Positions 50,003 through 63,014 are shown, counted from the first letter of the stretch. The stretch: DNA of 64,000 nucleotides from Chiloscyllium plagiosum (GCF_004010195.1 NW_025215381.1:705766-769765), one strand, 5' to 3'. Translations and numbers: made by a program. The notes: generated by a model from the sequence alone, not told the origin.

Positions 50003-52990
50003 GTGGAGTGCCACAAGGATCAGTGCTGGGTCCTCTACTTTGTCATTTACATAAATTACTTGGATGCGAGCATAAGAGGTACAGTTAGTAAGTTTGCAGA
50101 TGACACCAAAATTNNNNNNNNNNNNNNNNNNNNNNNNNNNNNNNNNNNNNNNNNNNNNNNNNNNNNNNNNNNNNNNNNNNNNNNNNNNNNNNNNNNNNNN
50201 NNNNNNNNNNNNNNNNNNNNNNNNNNNNNNNNNNNNNNNNNNNNNNNNNNNNNNNNNNNNNNNNNNNNNNNNNNNNNNNNNNNNNNNNNNNNNNNNNNNN
50301 NNNNNNNNNNNNNNNNNNNNNNNNNNNNNNNNNNNNNNNNNNNNNNNNNNNNNNNNNNNNNNNNNNNNNNNNNNNNNNNNNNNNNNNNNNNNNNNNNNNN
50401 NNNNNNNNNNNNNNNNNNNNNNNNNNNNNNNNNNNNNNNNNNNNNNNNNNNNNNNNNNNNNNNNNNNNNNNNNNNNNNNNNNNNNNNNNNNNNNNNNNNN
50501 NNNNNNNNNNNNNNNNNNNNNNNNNNNNNNNNNNNNNNNNNNNNNNNNNNNNNNNNNNNNNNNNNNNNNNNNNNNNNNNNNNNNNNNNNNNNNNNNNNNN
50601 NNNNNNNNNNNNNNNNNNNNNNNNNNNNNNNNNNNNNNNNNNNNNNTGAGCTGCCAGAGGATGTGGCGGAGGCTGGTACAATTACAACATTTAAGAGGCA
50701 TTTGGATGGGTATATGAATAGGAAGGGTTTGGAGGGATATGGGCCGGGTACTGGCAGGTGGGACTAGTTTGGGTTCGGATATCTGGTCGGCATGGACGGG
50801 TTGGACCAAAGGGTCTGTTTCCATGCTGTACATCTGACTATCACCAGATATTTGCCTTGTCTTCATTTCCAAAGTGGAAAACCTTATCTATCCACATTAT
50901 AATTTCTCTGCCAAAGGGCACTAAAGCAAGAATGTATGGAACACAAATTGCAAAATGTTTCTCTTCACATACTGATAGAAAAAAGGTTGGTGAAGTCAAA
51001 TGTAGGCCTCTTACAGTCAGAGGAAGTTACAATGAGGAATAAAAATGGCAAACAAATCAAATTCATACTTTGTTTATGTCTTCAAAACAGGAAGAAATCT
51101 CCCAAATGGTTGGGAACAGTGTCTAGTGAGAGGACGGAACTAAAAGAGAAACAGGGAAATTGTCAGGAAAATGGATAAAACTCCAGTGGATGTAATTCTA
51201 ACCAATACAGTCTCCCTTCATCCCATCAGCCCAGGATTCATTCTGCTAATATCCTTCTCCAGATTAATCCTCAGGGCCTGATTATCTACATCCCAAAATA
51301 GCTAAGTGGCCCAAGAAATACTGGATATCATTGGTGGTCACCTTCCAAGATTCTATAGACGGAAACAGTCTACTGTTTGGACGGTTGCTAAAGTAGCCCC
51401 ACTATTTAAATAGGCAGAGGGGAGAATAGCTAATCAGTGTAATTCCCTGTCCAGGAGAAGATACACTACAGTCCATAAAGAGCTAGTTGAGCCAAGATCC
51501 AACAGGATCAACTAGATATAAAATTTGTGCTTAGTCTCCCAAAAATTTGCATTGCAACTAGCAAAGAGTAAGCCAATGAATGTGGTTTACTTGGATTTGG
51601 GAAGGCTTTTGACAAGGTCCCACAAAGACTAACAAAATTAAAATCCATGGGATTAAGAGTGTACTGGCATGAGTAGAGAACTGGTTGACAAGCAGACAGT
51701 TTGAACAAAAGTCTTATCCAAATAAGAGGCAATGACCAGTGGGGTACTGCAGGATCAGGGGTTGGACCTCAGCTATTCAACACATGGCTGAAAAAAAAAT
51801 AGAAACAGGAGTATTAAGAATTAAAAATTGTAGAGCAATTCTACCGAGAAGCTACGCAAGTGTCAAAACTCTAGAAGGAAGGGTCTTTGGGAAGAAATAA
51901 TGCAAGAATTCTAAAAGTGGAGAAACTAATAGGACTGATTCTGAAACCCTCAATCTATATTCCAAGATACTAAAGGAGGTAGCCATAGAAATATGGAGGC
52001 ATTTGTCAACATCTTCTAAATTGAGCTTGGAACAGCCCAGTAAAGAGGGCAGCAAGTGCAACAATAGCACAGGAATTACAGATCATTATGAAATTAAGAA
52101 AAATGGTGAGTTATCTTAATGCCATAACAAGACATCTATAAAATACCAGTATTACACAAAGTCAACATGTACTTAAAGGGACATGTTTAACAACTGTGGA
52201 GTTGAAGTAATAATAGAGTAGATGGAATACCAGTGGATGTGGTATATTTTGATCAGATTATGCAAAATCAGTAATGTGGGATTGGTGACAATGGATTGAG
52301 AATTATTAGAAACACGGTAAATGCAGTATGGCATGGATAATTATGAAGTTGCTCATTTTAGTTGGAAACTTGAATGTCCTTCTACATTAATCATTGTATG
52401 CTGCATTTGCATCCTTGCTTTCAGTCAGCAAGACACTGTTGTCCTTCAAGTAAGAGGGTTTGTATGAAGGGCCTTGGTGAGACCACACCTGGGAATACTG
52501 TGTAGTTGTCTCCTCACCCAGGAAGATTAGAGCAAAATATTCACAAGATTGATGCCTAAATTAACGAGATTGGGTTGGGTGAGCCTCGAGTTTAGAAAGA
52601 AGGGATCTCATTGAAACAATTCCCACAAGGCTGCACAGACTGGAAGCAGGAATATTCCCCTTGGCCAGACAGTTCAGAACAAGGGACACTGGATTCAGGG
52701 CAATAAATTTCAGGCAAAAAAGGAACAATTTCTTAACACTGATGGATCTATGAAAACCTCTACCATAAGAGTGTGGCAATGCCAATGTGAGAAAGTTCGA
52801 ACTCACGTCACAGGTTATAGTCCAATATGTTTATTTGGCAGTACTGGATATCAGGAACAGTGCTTTCAAATAAAGCTGTTGGACTACAACCTGGTGACAA
52901 TTTGAAGAAATGTTGCTAGAAATCTAAAGTGTGCCAAAGGATATGGGGAGAGAGCACAAGTATGGCATTAGATCGAATATAAACATAGCA
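50003..52990 (+). mobile_element. CR1 fragments: young copy 50003-50840 spanning a gap, then an older copy
   Basis: SKFADDTKI, LDFGKAFDKVP-like motif, CR1 3' UTR. Confidence 0.85.
50114..50646. other. Assembly gap
   Basis: N run. Confidence 1.
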
Positions 52991-53124
52991 GATCATCTAA
53001 AGTAGAGTAGGCTCAATGAGCCAGTGTACACTTGCTATGATTTGTTTTACAACAACCATTTTACTGAAGGATAAACAAACATCAACCCTAAGGACATTAG
53101 GAGCATTAGGAAATTGGAACATAC

Positions 53125-53220
53125 CTCTGCCTTTGCTCCCTCGACGACATCAAACTCCACAATCTCTCCATTCCCAACACTTCGTAAGTACTTGCGAGGA
53201 TTGTTTCTGGTGATGGCAGT
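53125..53220 (-). CDS. ybx2: ybx2 exon 4 (96 nt): [32 protein letters not shown]
   Basis: gagaag| acceptor (NAGNAG) and GAG|gtatgt donor; [11 protein letters not shown] and [11 protein letters not shown] motifs. The canonical 90-nt end at 53131 would need a GC donor. Confidence 0.92.
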
Positions 53221-53853
53221 CTTCTCAGGGTCAGGGAAAGAAGATATCAGAGTTAGGAGTGTAAGTGAACAGCATTGCACAAAACTCTCCAGAAGAGAGC
53301 ATAACTTGGCACCCAATTTGGGAATGCAGGTGACTGACTGAGGCTAACCTCCATGACAGGTAAACAAGCAGATAGTGGCAGGTTTGCAGTGCAAGTGACA
53401 CGAGTACAGCAACCACCTATATTTACCTAGCAGCTTTTGAATTAAGTTGGATATCACTACAGTGATAGTCAGACAAAATTCCTGATGAATTGCTTCTGCC
53501 CGAGATGTCAATTCTCCTGCTCCAAATACACCTAACCTGCTGTGCTTTTTAGTACCACATGTTGGAGGTCAGGTGAAACATCTGTCACCCTCACTTTCTC
53601 CCAGGCCAAAATTTGACCCCAAGCTAAGTCTGAAAATATTATGGAAGGTAATCAGAAGCTTAGTCAGGTAGGTTTCAAGGAAGGTCTTGGAGAGGTTGAC
53701 CTGTTGAGCAAATTCTGGAGGCAGCTCAAGACAGCTAGCCACAGTAGAGTGATTACACTTAGCACAAGGCCAGAATCAAATGGGAGGGGATTTTTAAGAG
53801 TGCAAGTTGGCAACAGAGCAATTTGAGTGTGCATGCCCATTTAAAACAGAGGT

Positions 53854-54045
53854 CGAGAGTGTGGTGCTGGAAAAGCACAGGTCAGGCAGCAGAAGAACAG
53901 GAGTCAACATTTTGGGCAAAAGCCATTCCTGGTGAAAGACTCTCGCCTGAAGCGTCAACTCTCCTGCTTCAGATGCAGCTTGATCTGCTGTGCTTTTCCA
54001 GCACCACACTGACACTGATCTCATCCTGCAGTCCTCACTTCCTCC
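53854..54045. mobile_element. Fold-back Penelope-derived mini-element, degenerate
   Basis: Inverted arms; TSD ttaaaaca(g/a)aggt at 53841-53853 and 54046-54058. Confidence 0.82.
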
Positions 54046-54379
54046 TTAAAACAAAGGTGCCAGTCATGGTGGCAACTGATGGGCTCAGGGGAAAGACAGG
54101 TGAACAGGATTATGCATAAAATCAGACAGGTGCACTTGTTACCAGTGGATTCAGGAGTGGATGATGAGGTGCCAACCTACAGAGCACTGGGGCAGGCCAC
54201 ACTGCACAAAGGTTCTTCAGGAAGTGAAGAAATAGTCCAGTAAGCAATACACCAAGCTATTTGACCTCAGGAACCATCATTTAACCCCATCCTACCTGCC
54301 CTGAACATTAATTTTATTAAATTCCTTCTGAAAAAAAATAAGATACCACATTAGTCTACTCAAGAACCCAGGATGTTGG

Positions 54380-57300
54380 AAGCAGCTAAAAGACAATTGA
54401 GCAAAGGGGCATTTTCAGGATGCAACTAAGAGTGCCACAGGGATCAGTGCTGGTGTCACATTACTTGCAATTGTCTTGACTTGCATGAGGAAAGTGATCA
54501 TAATATTGTCATGTTGTGGATAGCAAGGGATGAGGATGACACTTAGGAATAAGAAAGGCAAATTGAATGCTGGTTTTTATTTCAAGAGATTCTATAAATC
54601 AGTCAAGAACAAAAAAGGGAGAATAGGACCCCGTAAAGATCAAAGAGGTCATCTTTGTGTTGACAATCAGGAGATGGAAGAAATATTAAATGAATATTCT
54701 GCATCAGTTTTTACTGAGGAGAAAAATAGAGGCCAGGGAACTCTAATATTAATGTTTTGAAAACAGTTCATATTACACTAGTACTGGAGCTCTTAGAAAA
54801 CAAAGGTGGCTAAAATCTCTGGGACCTGATCAAGGGTGGGTACACAAATAAGAGTTGAGGGATATGGGTCAAATGGGATGATACTATTGCTACCAAGACA
54901 GGAACAGATGTCAGAAAGATGCAACAACTTCCCCAATATTGACTGGGACTCCGTTAGAGCAAGAGGCTTGGACAGGGCTCTAGGTGTATCCAAACAGTAT
55001 ATTTCTACAATAGTATGTGGTTAGTTCAATTAGGAGGGGCCATTCAGGACTTATTGGCTAATAGCCTGGCCTGATGACTGACCTTTCAGTGAGACAGTAT
55101 TTTGGAAAAAAAGTGATCACAACTCAAATTTAGATCACTACGTCAGACCTTTAAAGAAATTAGTAAATGGAGGGCAAAATATGCAGTATTAGACAGAGCT
55201 AGAGAGAATTAACTGCAAGTAGCTGTTTTCAGGCAAGTCTACATTTGCAATGTGGGAATTGTTTAAAGGCCTGCTAATCAATTCAGGACTGGCATGTTCT
55301 AGTAAGGACGAAGGACAAGGATGACAGAGTAAGGGACCCTTTGATAATAAAAGGGAAGCTGAATTTAGTCACAAGGAAAAAAGCAGCACACGTAACGTTT
55401 AGGAAGTGAAAATCAAAGGGCCCTTGAGGAATATAAAGAAAACAGGAAAAAATTCAGGCAGGGAATTAGGAGAGCAATGAGGGGGCCATGAAATTATTTG
55501 TGTTGCTGGAAAAGCACAGCAGGTCAGGCAGCAAAGGAGCAGGAGAATCGATGTTTTGGGCATAAGCCTTGATTCCTGAAGGGTTTATGCCCAAAACGTC
55601 AATTCGCCTGCTCCTTTGATGCTGCCTGACCTGCTGCACTTTTCCAGCAACATTTTTCAGCTCTAATCTCCAGCATCTGCAGTCCTCACTTTCTCCATGA
55701 AATGATTTGGAGAAGTAGAGCTAAAGAATCAAGGCATTCTATACATTTATTAAAGGATAAGCAGGATGTGGGTAGGACCACTCAAGGATAAAGGAGGGAA
55801 CTTGTTTTTGGAGGCAGAGGATATGGGTAAGATCGTAAATGATTACTTTGTCAACATTCACCTGAAGGATAGGAGGATAGTGAGATGTGTGGAGCATGAC
55901 AATATGCCAGGGTATTAAGTTAAAGAAAGAAAATGTGTTGGCCTCCAAGAAAATTAGGTAGACAAGTCCCTAGGACCTGATTGTATTTACTCCAAGTTAT
56001 TGAGAGGCAAGAGATTGAGAGCCCTGACCAAGATCTTTGTATCCTCCAGCCACTGGAGGTCCTACAGGACTAGCTGCTGTTTTTCTGTTCAGGGGGCAGC
56101 TTTTAAAAAACTTTGGTTAGGCCACACTTAGTATTGCATTTAATTCTGATTGCCACATTGCCATTTACATGAATGATTTGGATGCAAGCATAAGAGGTAT
56201 ACTTAGTAAGTTGACAGATGACAAAAATTGGAGTTGTAGTAGACAGCAAAGAGGGTTACCTCAGATTAAAACAGGATCTTGACCAGATGGGCTAAGTGGC
56301 AGATAGAGTTTAATTCAGATAAATGAGAGGTGCTACAATTTGGGAAAGCAAATCTTAGCTGGACTTATACACTTAATGGTAAGGTCCTAGGAAGTGTTGC
56401 TGAACAAAGAGGTTCATAGCTCCTTGAAAGTGGAGTCACAGGTAGATAGGATAGTGAAGGCTTTGGATATGCTTTCCTTTATTGGTCAGAGTATGAGTAC
56501 AGGAGTTGTTAGGTCATGTTGCAGCTGTACAGGACATTGGTTAGGCCACTGTTGGAATATTGCATGCAATTCTGGTCTCCTTCCTATCGGAAAGATATTG
56601 TGAAACTTGAAAGGGTTCCAAAAAGATTTACAAGGATGTTGCTAGGGTTGGAGGATTTGAGCTATAGGGAGGGGCTGAACAGGCTGGGGCTATTTACCCT
56701 GGAGCATTAGAGGCTGAGGGGTGACCTTAGAGGTTTACAAAGGTGTGAGAGGCATGGATAAGGTAATTAGACAGTCTTTTCCCTGGGGTCGGGAGTCCAG
56801 AACTAGAGGACATAGGTTTAGGGTGAGAGGGGAAGATATAAAAGAGAACTAAGGGGCAACTTTTTCACAGAGGGTGGTACGTGTATGGAATGAGGATGTG
56901 GAGGAGGCTGGTACAATTGCAACATTTAAAAGGCATTTGGATGGGTATATGAATAGGAAGTGTTGGGAGGGATATGGGCCAGGTACTGGCAAGTGGGACT
57001 AGATTGGGTTGGGATATCTGGTCGGCATGGACAGGTTGGACAGTTGGGTCTGTTTCCGTGCTGTACATCTATGACACTATGACTGACTATTATAGGGAGG
57101 ATGTGAAGGCTTGAGAGAATGCAGAAGCAGTTTACCAGGATGCTGCTTGGATTAGATGGTATGAGTGAGGAGAGGCTGGACAAACTAGGGTTGTTTGCAC
57201 TAGAACAGCAGAGACTGAGGTGAGACTTAATAGAAGTCAAAATGCATAGCTAGGGTTGATAGTCAGAATCCTTAACCCCCACTCCAGAGTTGTAATGCTT

Positions 57301-57600
57301 AATACAAGGGAGTGTGCATCTCAGTTTTGTGGTGGGGGTAAGCAAGAGTTTGAAGGAGATGCAAACAACAAGGTTTCTTAAACTACAGTGTTAAGAGTCT
57401 ACAACATACTTCCAGGATGGTAGTGAACACATATGATCAACATGCTTAATGGGCTATTAGATAAGCACATGGATACACAAGGAATGGAGGGATATGGTCT
57501 AAGGGCAGGCAGATAGGATTAGTTTAATTTAGTCACTTTTGACATGACAGTGGGCCCAGGGGCACATTGCTGTCCTGTACTGTTGTGTTCTATGTCCAGT
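54380..57600 (+). mobile_element. Stacked CR1 fragments (intron 3), including a young copy at ~56160-57085
   Basis: NFPNIDWD, LYRTLVRPLLEYCMQFWSP, CR1 tails. Confidence 0.85.
55501..55694. mobile_element. Fold-back Penelope-derived mini-element
   Basis: Inverted arms; 15-bp TSD ccatgaaat(t/g)atttg at 55486-55500 and 55695-55709. Confidence 0.88.
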
Positions 57601-58208
57601 GATCCTTCAGAATGTTCTGAGGGCAAGCCACTGGACCCAGAACACTAATTGTACATTCCCTCCACAAATACTGCCAGCTCTCCCCTAGAGATTCTCCAAC
57701 ATTTTCTGCTTTTGTTGCAAAAACAGAGTGTTTACTTAGGGCTCCATTGGAAGCAGACCACTAAATTCTGAAGTGCTTAATTCCTTTCCTGGGTTTGTTT
57801 AAGTGGGGAATCAGTAGGAATGATTGCTTTTCTCTCTCCTGGGAAAGTGACTAAGAGTCAAAATACTTGGGACAAATGAAAGTGCAGAATAGCACAAGAA
57901 CCACAACCGGAAAATGGTTAGTTAAAAATTAAATACTTAAGTGCTTCAAAGTCCAAGTTTACCAAACACTCAGCACAGGATCAACACTATCCTGAACAAT
58001 TTGCACAATCCAATTAGCATCACATTCCTTTTCTTCTAACTATATCCCCACACTAAACAATACTTCTGTCAGGAAGCATTCCAAAGTTTGCTTTCTACAG
58101 GTAAAGCCTTAATTGACAGGCTTAGAAAACAGTACTCAACCCCCTATCCAGGCTACCAAGTAACCTTCTTGAAAAGGAATTAAATGGAGAGTTCATTTTG
58201 AAACATAC

Positions 58209-58242
58209 CTGATGAACAAATACATCCTGTTGTGTGTCGTGC
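58209..58242 (-). CDS. ybx2: ybx2 exon 3 (34 nt): HDTQQDVFVHQ, contains RNP2
   Basis: atctag| acceptor and CAG|gtatgt donor; DVFVHQ motif; 34-nt size. Confidence 0.95.
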
Positions 58243-59744
58243 CTAGATGGTGTGGGGGTGGGTGGACGGGATGGAAGGAAGGAAAGTAAATAGTGAACAT
58301 CTAAACATGGAATTTTATAATGGCATCTTAACATTGGGACCTCAACCAAATGACTATTTAGAGACACCAAGTATGCCAGATGGACTGCACAGCAAAATCC
58401 CACAAATCAAGACCAAACCCATTGTCAATTAAAAAATGTTGATCAGTTATTAGTTGGCTCGATAAACCAGTGATCCTGTTCTTCAGAACAAGCCATATCA
58501 TAGCTTAGGAGAGCAGAATACAGCTGCTTCAGCCCAACTGAATGGTAGCAAACAGTTGATCATACTCCCACCTTTTCCCAGCAATACTGCATTTGGAATT
58601 GCACTGGACAGAGGCCTTGCAGCCCATCAAATCTATACCACCAAATAAAGAATGTAAACCCAGTTTGAAGAATAGCAGGTTCAATTTAGCCATCCAAGCA
58701 AAGGGACAGCTGGGGGATCTTTGGTACAGCATCTCATTCAAAAAGGCAGCACCAGACAGGGCCAGTCAAGGTAGCATGCTGAAGTCTTTTGGGGAGGGGC
58801 AGGGGTCCTTTTAAAAAAAGGAGGACATTTAACTTTGGGGTGGGAGTCAATTTTGTTCACCACAAGTGATAATAAATAGACAAAATAGAGCAGGACCAAG
58901 GTCAACTGCTGCGGCCAGTCAGGGTGCAGAGAGACATGGAACACAGTAGGGAGTGTCCAAGGAAGGAACATTGATGAACTTTAACCTTAAATTTATATCT
59001 TAACATTAATTTCATTTAATCATGGCAGTTTACCTTGGGTTACATACTAACTAAATGGTCTTAAACAGGCCAAAACCTCATCACCACAGAAACAAAAACC
59101 ATGCAAACTTGATTTAAAAAGGTGTTATTGTGGCTTCTGAAGTACCAGACATTGATGTTCTAAAATATGAGATAAAACAGGTGTGGTGACACTGCAGAAC
59201 AGCAACATGATTACCAGAGCTTGCAAGGTTTTTACTCAAGGGCAGGTTAAATAAGCGAGCGCTCTCTCTCACTCTCTTTCTTCCCCTCCCCCCCCCCCCC
59301 CCAGTCAAAGTGGTGACTCAATTGAAGTCCTCAATCACTGATTGACCATAAAAGATAGGAGCAGAAGTTAGGCCATTCAGCTCATCAAGTCTGCTCAAGT
59401 AGGGTTGGTTTTTAAAAAACCCAATGTTCTCCACTTTCTCCCTGTAACCTTGGATCTCCTTGACCATCAAGAACTTCATCTTAAATATACAAGATGACCT
59501 GGTCTCCATAGCCCTCTGGCAATGAATCCCACAGATGCACCACTGACAAAAATAGTTTTTCCTCATCTTCATTCTTGCTTTACTTGAAGGCTGTGCTGTC
59601 AGGTCCTACTCACTCCTAGGAATGAAAACACTCTGCTCTGGCCAGTTCATTCAGTATTCTGAAAGTTTCCACTCCCCAACCTGCAAAGCTGCATTAAGTA
59701 CAGTCCCAGAACCCTTGAGGGGAGGGGGGAGCCGGGAGAGAAAA

Positions 59745-60200
59745 ATGCTCCTCGGAGGCTGCCTGACCTGCTGTGCTTTTCCACCTCATCTAAACTGTTT
59801 CCAGCATCTGCAATCTTCACTTTTGCAGAGTTGATTTTAACCTTACTGTGAATCCTCTTGCAAGGATGCCTACCTTGAAGTTCTCCTTTCTCCACAAGAA
59901 TCTGAGTCTCTCACTGCACTCTTTGCTACCTTCTCCCCAGCACCCCCCATTTATCTCTCCACCCTGGAAGCTCCCTGCCTCCATTTCTGAAGGGCTTTTG
60001 CCCGAAACGTCAATTTTCCTGCTCCTCGGATGCTGGCTGACCTGCTGTGCTTTTCCAGCACCAGTAATCTGAACTCTGGTTTCCAGCATCTGCAGTCCTC
60101 ACTTTTGCCTATGGATTTAATGGCTCATGCCCAAAATGTCATTTCTCCTGTTCCTTGGATGCTGTGCTTTTCCAACACCACATTTTCAGCTATGGATTAA
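59745..60200 (+). mobile_element. Internally deleted Penelope-like element with direct terminal repeats, plus an adjacent arm fragment
   Basis: gctgcctgacctgctgtgcttttcc...cagcatctgca..cttcacttttgc repeated directly at ~59750 and ~60020. Confidence 0.75.
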
Positions 60201-60838
60201 AGGGCCCATTTCTGTGCTGGAGGCAAGTCAGTTATTTTTAATGGCCATATTTCCTCACCCAAACGCTCTACTGACAGGAAACCCAAGTGAGTATCTTGAA
60301 AATTAGCTGGATGGGAGAGTTCTCCCAGAGGCAGAAGGGTGTGGAGCATCAACTGGGGAAGAGAACAAAACCCGAAAGATCAGTTTCCAGGAACCCTGAT
60401 CTGTTAGACCATATCAGCCAGAAAGCAAGCTGAGTGTCAAGGGAAAAATAAAGGGGCTAGCCTAACTCTGCTGTGACTGGGTCAAGTGAACACCCAGACA
60501 GCAGTAAAGGTCCACTGACATCAAGGACTGCAGCAAATGCTGACTCTGACATCAGACAAGAAGAAATATACCACTTAAATTAAAATAATCTAAAGGTCCA
60601 ATTGCATTTTGAAGTAGGCCATTCCAGACTTCTACCATTGCCAATAATTTGACTGAAGGCTGACTCAGATTTTGACTACCCCCTTCATTCCAAATTACCT
60701 CAGCCAATTAGACAGGGCTGAGAGAAAAAAAGCAGTTCCCCTTAACATCCCAAATAAGAGACAAGTCCACACAGAACCTGTCCCCAGCAGCCTTTGAGAA
60801 TGGGCAACAGAACCTTGGACTAATGGGAGAAAAGTTAC

Positions 60839-60902
60839 CTTGTGATGAATCCATAGCAATTTCGGACATTAAACCACTTCACCGTACCGAGAACGCCCTT
60901 AG
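60839..60902 (-). CDS. ybx2: ybx2 exon 2 (64 nt): AKGVLGTVKWFNVRNCYGFITR, contains RNP1
   Basis: ccacag| acceptor and AG|gtaact donor; 64-nt size and GTVKWFNVRN motif typical of YBX genes. Confidence 0.95.
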
Positions 60903-61079
60903 CTGTGGCATGCAAGAGAGAGCAGGTTAGGATAAAAAAAATTAATCTACGTGGAATATCCCTGAAGGATTACTCAGGCTTATTTCTCTAAATATCACTA
61001 CCTTGACCCCAAAAGCTCATTTCACAAATGCACCCACCCCCCAAAAAGGAACTAAATGAGGCCTGTCACTTGCAGGTTA

Positions 61080-62140
61080 AGTAGACATGCTGAATAGTGT
61101 TTTGTCACCACACTCTAGGAAGGATGTGATTGCACTGAAGTGCAGAGGAGATACAGTAGAACATTGCCTAGGTTGGGATGTTTCATCTATAAAGAGGGGC
61201 ATGGATAGGTTAAATAGACAGTCTTTTCCCTGGGTTGGGGGGATGGTTCCAGAGCTAGAGGGCATAGGGCTGAGAGGGGGAAGATAAGAGACCTAAGGGG
61301 CAACATTTTCACAGAGTAGTATGTGTATTGAATAAGCTGCCAGAGGATGTGTTGGAGGCTGGTACAATTGCAACATTTAAAAGGCACTTGGATGGGTATA
61401 CGAGTAGGAAGGATTTGGAGGGATATGGGCCATGTGCTGGCAGGTGGCACAAGAATGGGTTGGGATATCTGGTCAGCATGGATAGGTCAGACAGAAGGGT
61501 CTGTTTCTGTGCTGCACATCTGACTCTACAAGTTCAGATAGTTTTCTTTAAACAGAAGGTTGAAAAGCAACCTGATTGAGGTGTACTTTGAATTCATTTA
61601 CCAATTCAGAAATACTAACAAACCCATTAGAGTCAGCTGTGGGGCATGGAAACAGACCCTTGGTGGTCTGATTTGTCAGTGTCAGCCAAATATCTTAAAT
61701 TAATCTGGTCTTGTTTGCCAGCACCTGGCCCATGTCCCTCCAAACCCTTCCTATTCATATACCCATCCAAATGCCTTTTAAATGCTGCAATTATATCAGC
61801 GTCCTCCACTTCCCCTGGCAGCTCATTCCATACACCTACCACCCTCTGAAAAAGTTGCCCCTTAGATCCCTTTTATATCTTTCCCCTGTTGCTACCCTAA
61901 ACCTATGCCCTCTAGTTCTGGACTATCCATGCCCGTCAATTCATAAAATGCTATAAAAAGTCACCATAAGCTACTGATGCTCCAGGGAAAACAGCCCCAG
62001 CCCATTTAGTATATCCCTATAGCTCAAACCCCCTAACCCTAGCAACATCCTTATAAGTCTTTTCTGAACCTTTCAAGTTTTACAGCATCTTTCCTACAGC
62101 AGGGAGACAGTATCCCAGAAGTGGCCTAAACAATGTCCAG
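61080..62140. mobile_element. Two CR1 3' fragments tail to tail (61080-61530 +, 61635-62140 -) in intron 1
   Basis: FKRHLDGY..RK.LEG.GP motif in both orientations. Confidence 0.85.
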
Positions 62141-63014
62141 ACTCCTCACCCACTGCCAGTGTTATTCTGTTATTGCTCCCTGCATTAGATTCCAGTTTTC
62201 CTCAAAGCCAGAAGACCAATGGATATTGGGCAACTATTTGGGACCCACTTCAATTGTGTTCAAATCCTTCAGACAGGGATTAGAAACTAAATAGTTTAAC
62301 CCTTTGAAGATAATTGCAGACATTAACGCACCAATAACCTAGTAAGGGTGGCAATTAGTTAGTATGCAACACAAATTATACCTACTCACATCAGCCGTCA
62401 CAGAGAGAGTAACTTAAAAAGGGGAGAAATTGAGGTTTAACCATTAAGATTTAGGGGGAGAAGCTAATCGAGTAGAGTAAGGGCGGATGATAATACAAAC
62501 ATCTCAAAATATAGTCATGCATCACAGCCTCCTTTATAAGGAAATCAAAACTTAGACTCCGGGTAACTCAGTATTTTCCCCCAACAGGCGGACCCTTGAA
62601 GGAGAGTGGAGTGTCCTTTACAGAGAGGGAGGGAGCATACCACGAGCGAAACAACAAATCAAAGTTCATCTTAGTCAGAGCGCCACCAGCACGCTGAAAA
62701 CAACCAGGATTTCAAACGCTGTAAACACAGATACAGCATTTTAAAAAGCAATTTAAAAGGATGGATTGAAAGAAAATTAACGTGACCTTAAGGCAAATTA
62801 TTTAAGTTATAAAAGTCTGCATGCCTCAAAAATCTTAAAAGTGCATTTTAAAAAAATAGTATGCTAAAATAAAAAGCGATCTTTCAACACACAAATATTT
62901 AGATTGCCAGTTGGCAAACCTCCAATGCGGGATTGAATTATGATCGTTCCCATTCAGCAGGGTGGGAGTTAGGGAGGGGACAGAACACAGCTTTCCGCTC
63001 CGTACATTTCATAC

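Noticed and set aside
50000..50872. Long ORFs of 139-290 aa here and at 8947-9403 and 30121-30624
   Set aside because: Artefacts of translating across N gaps within repeats.
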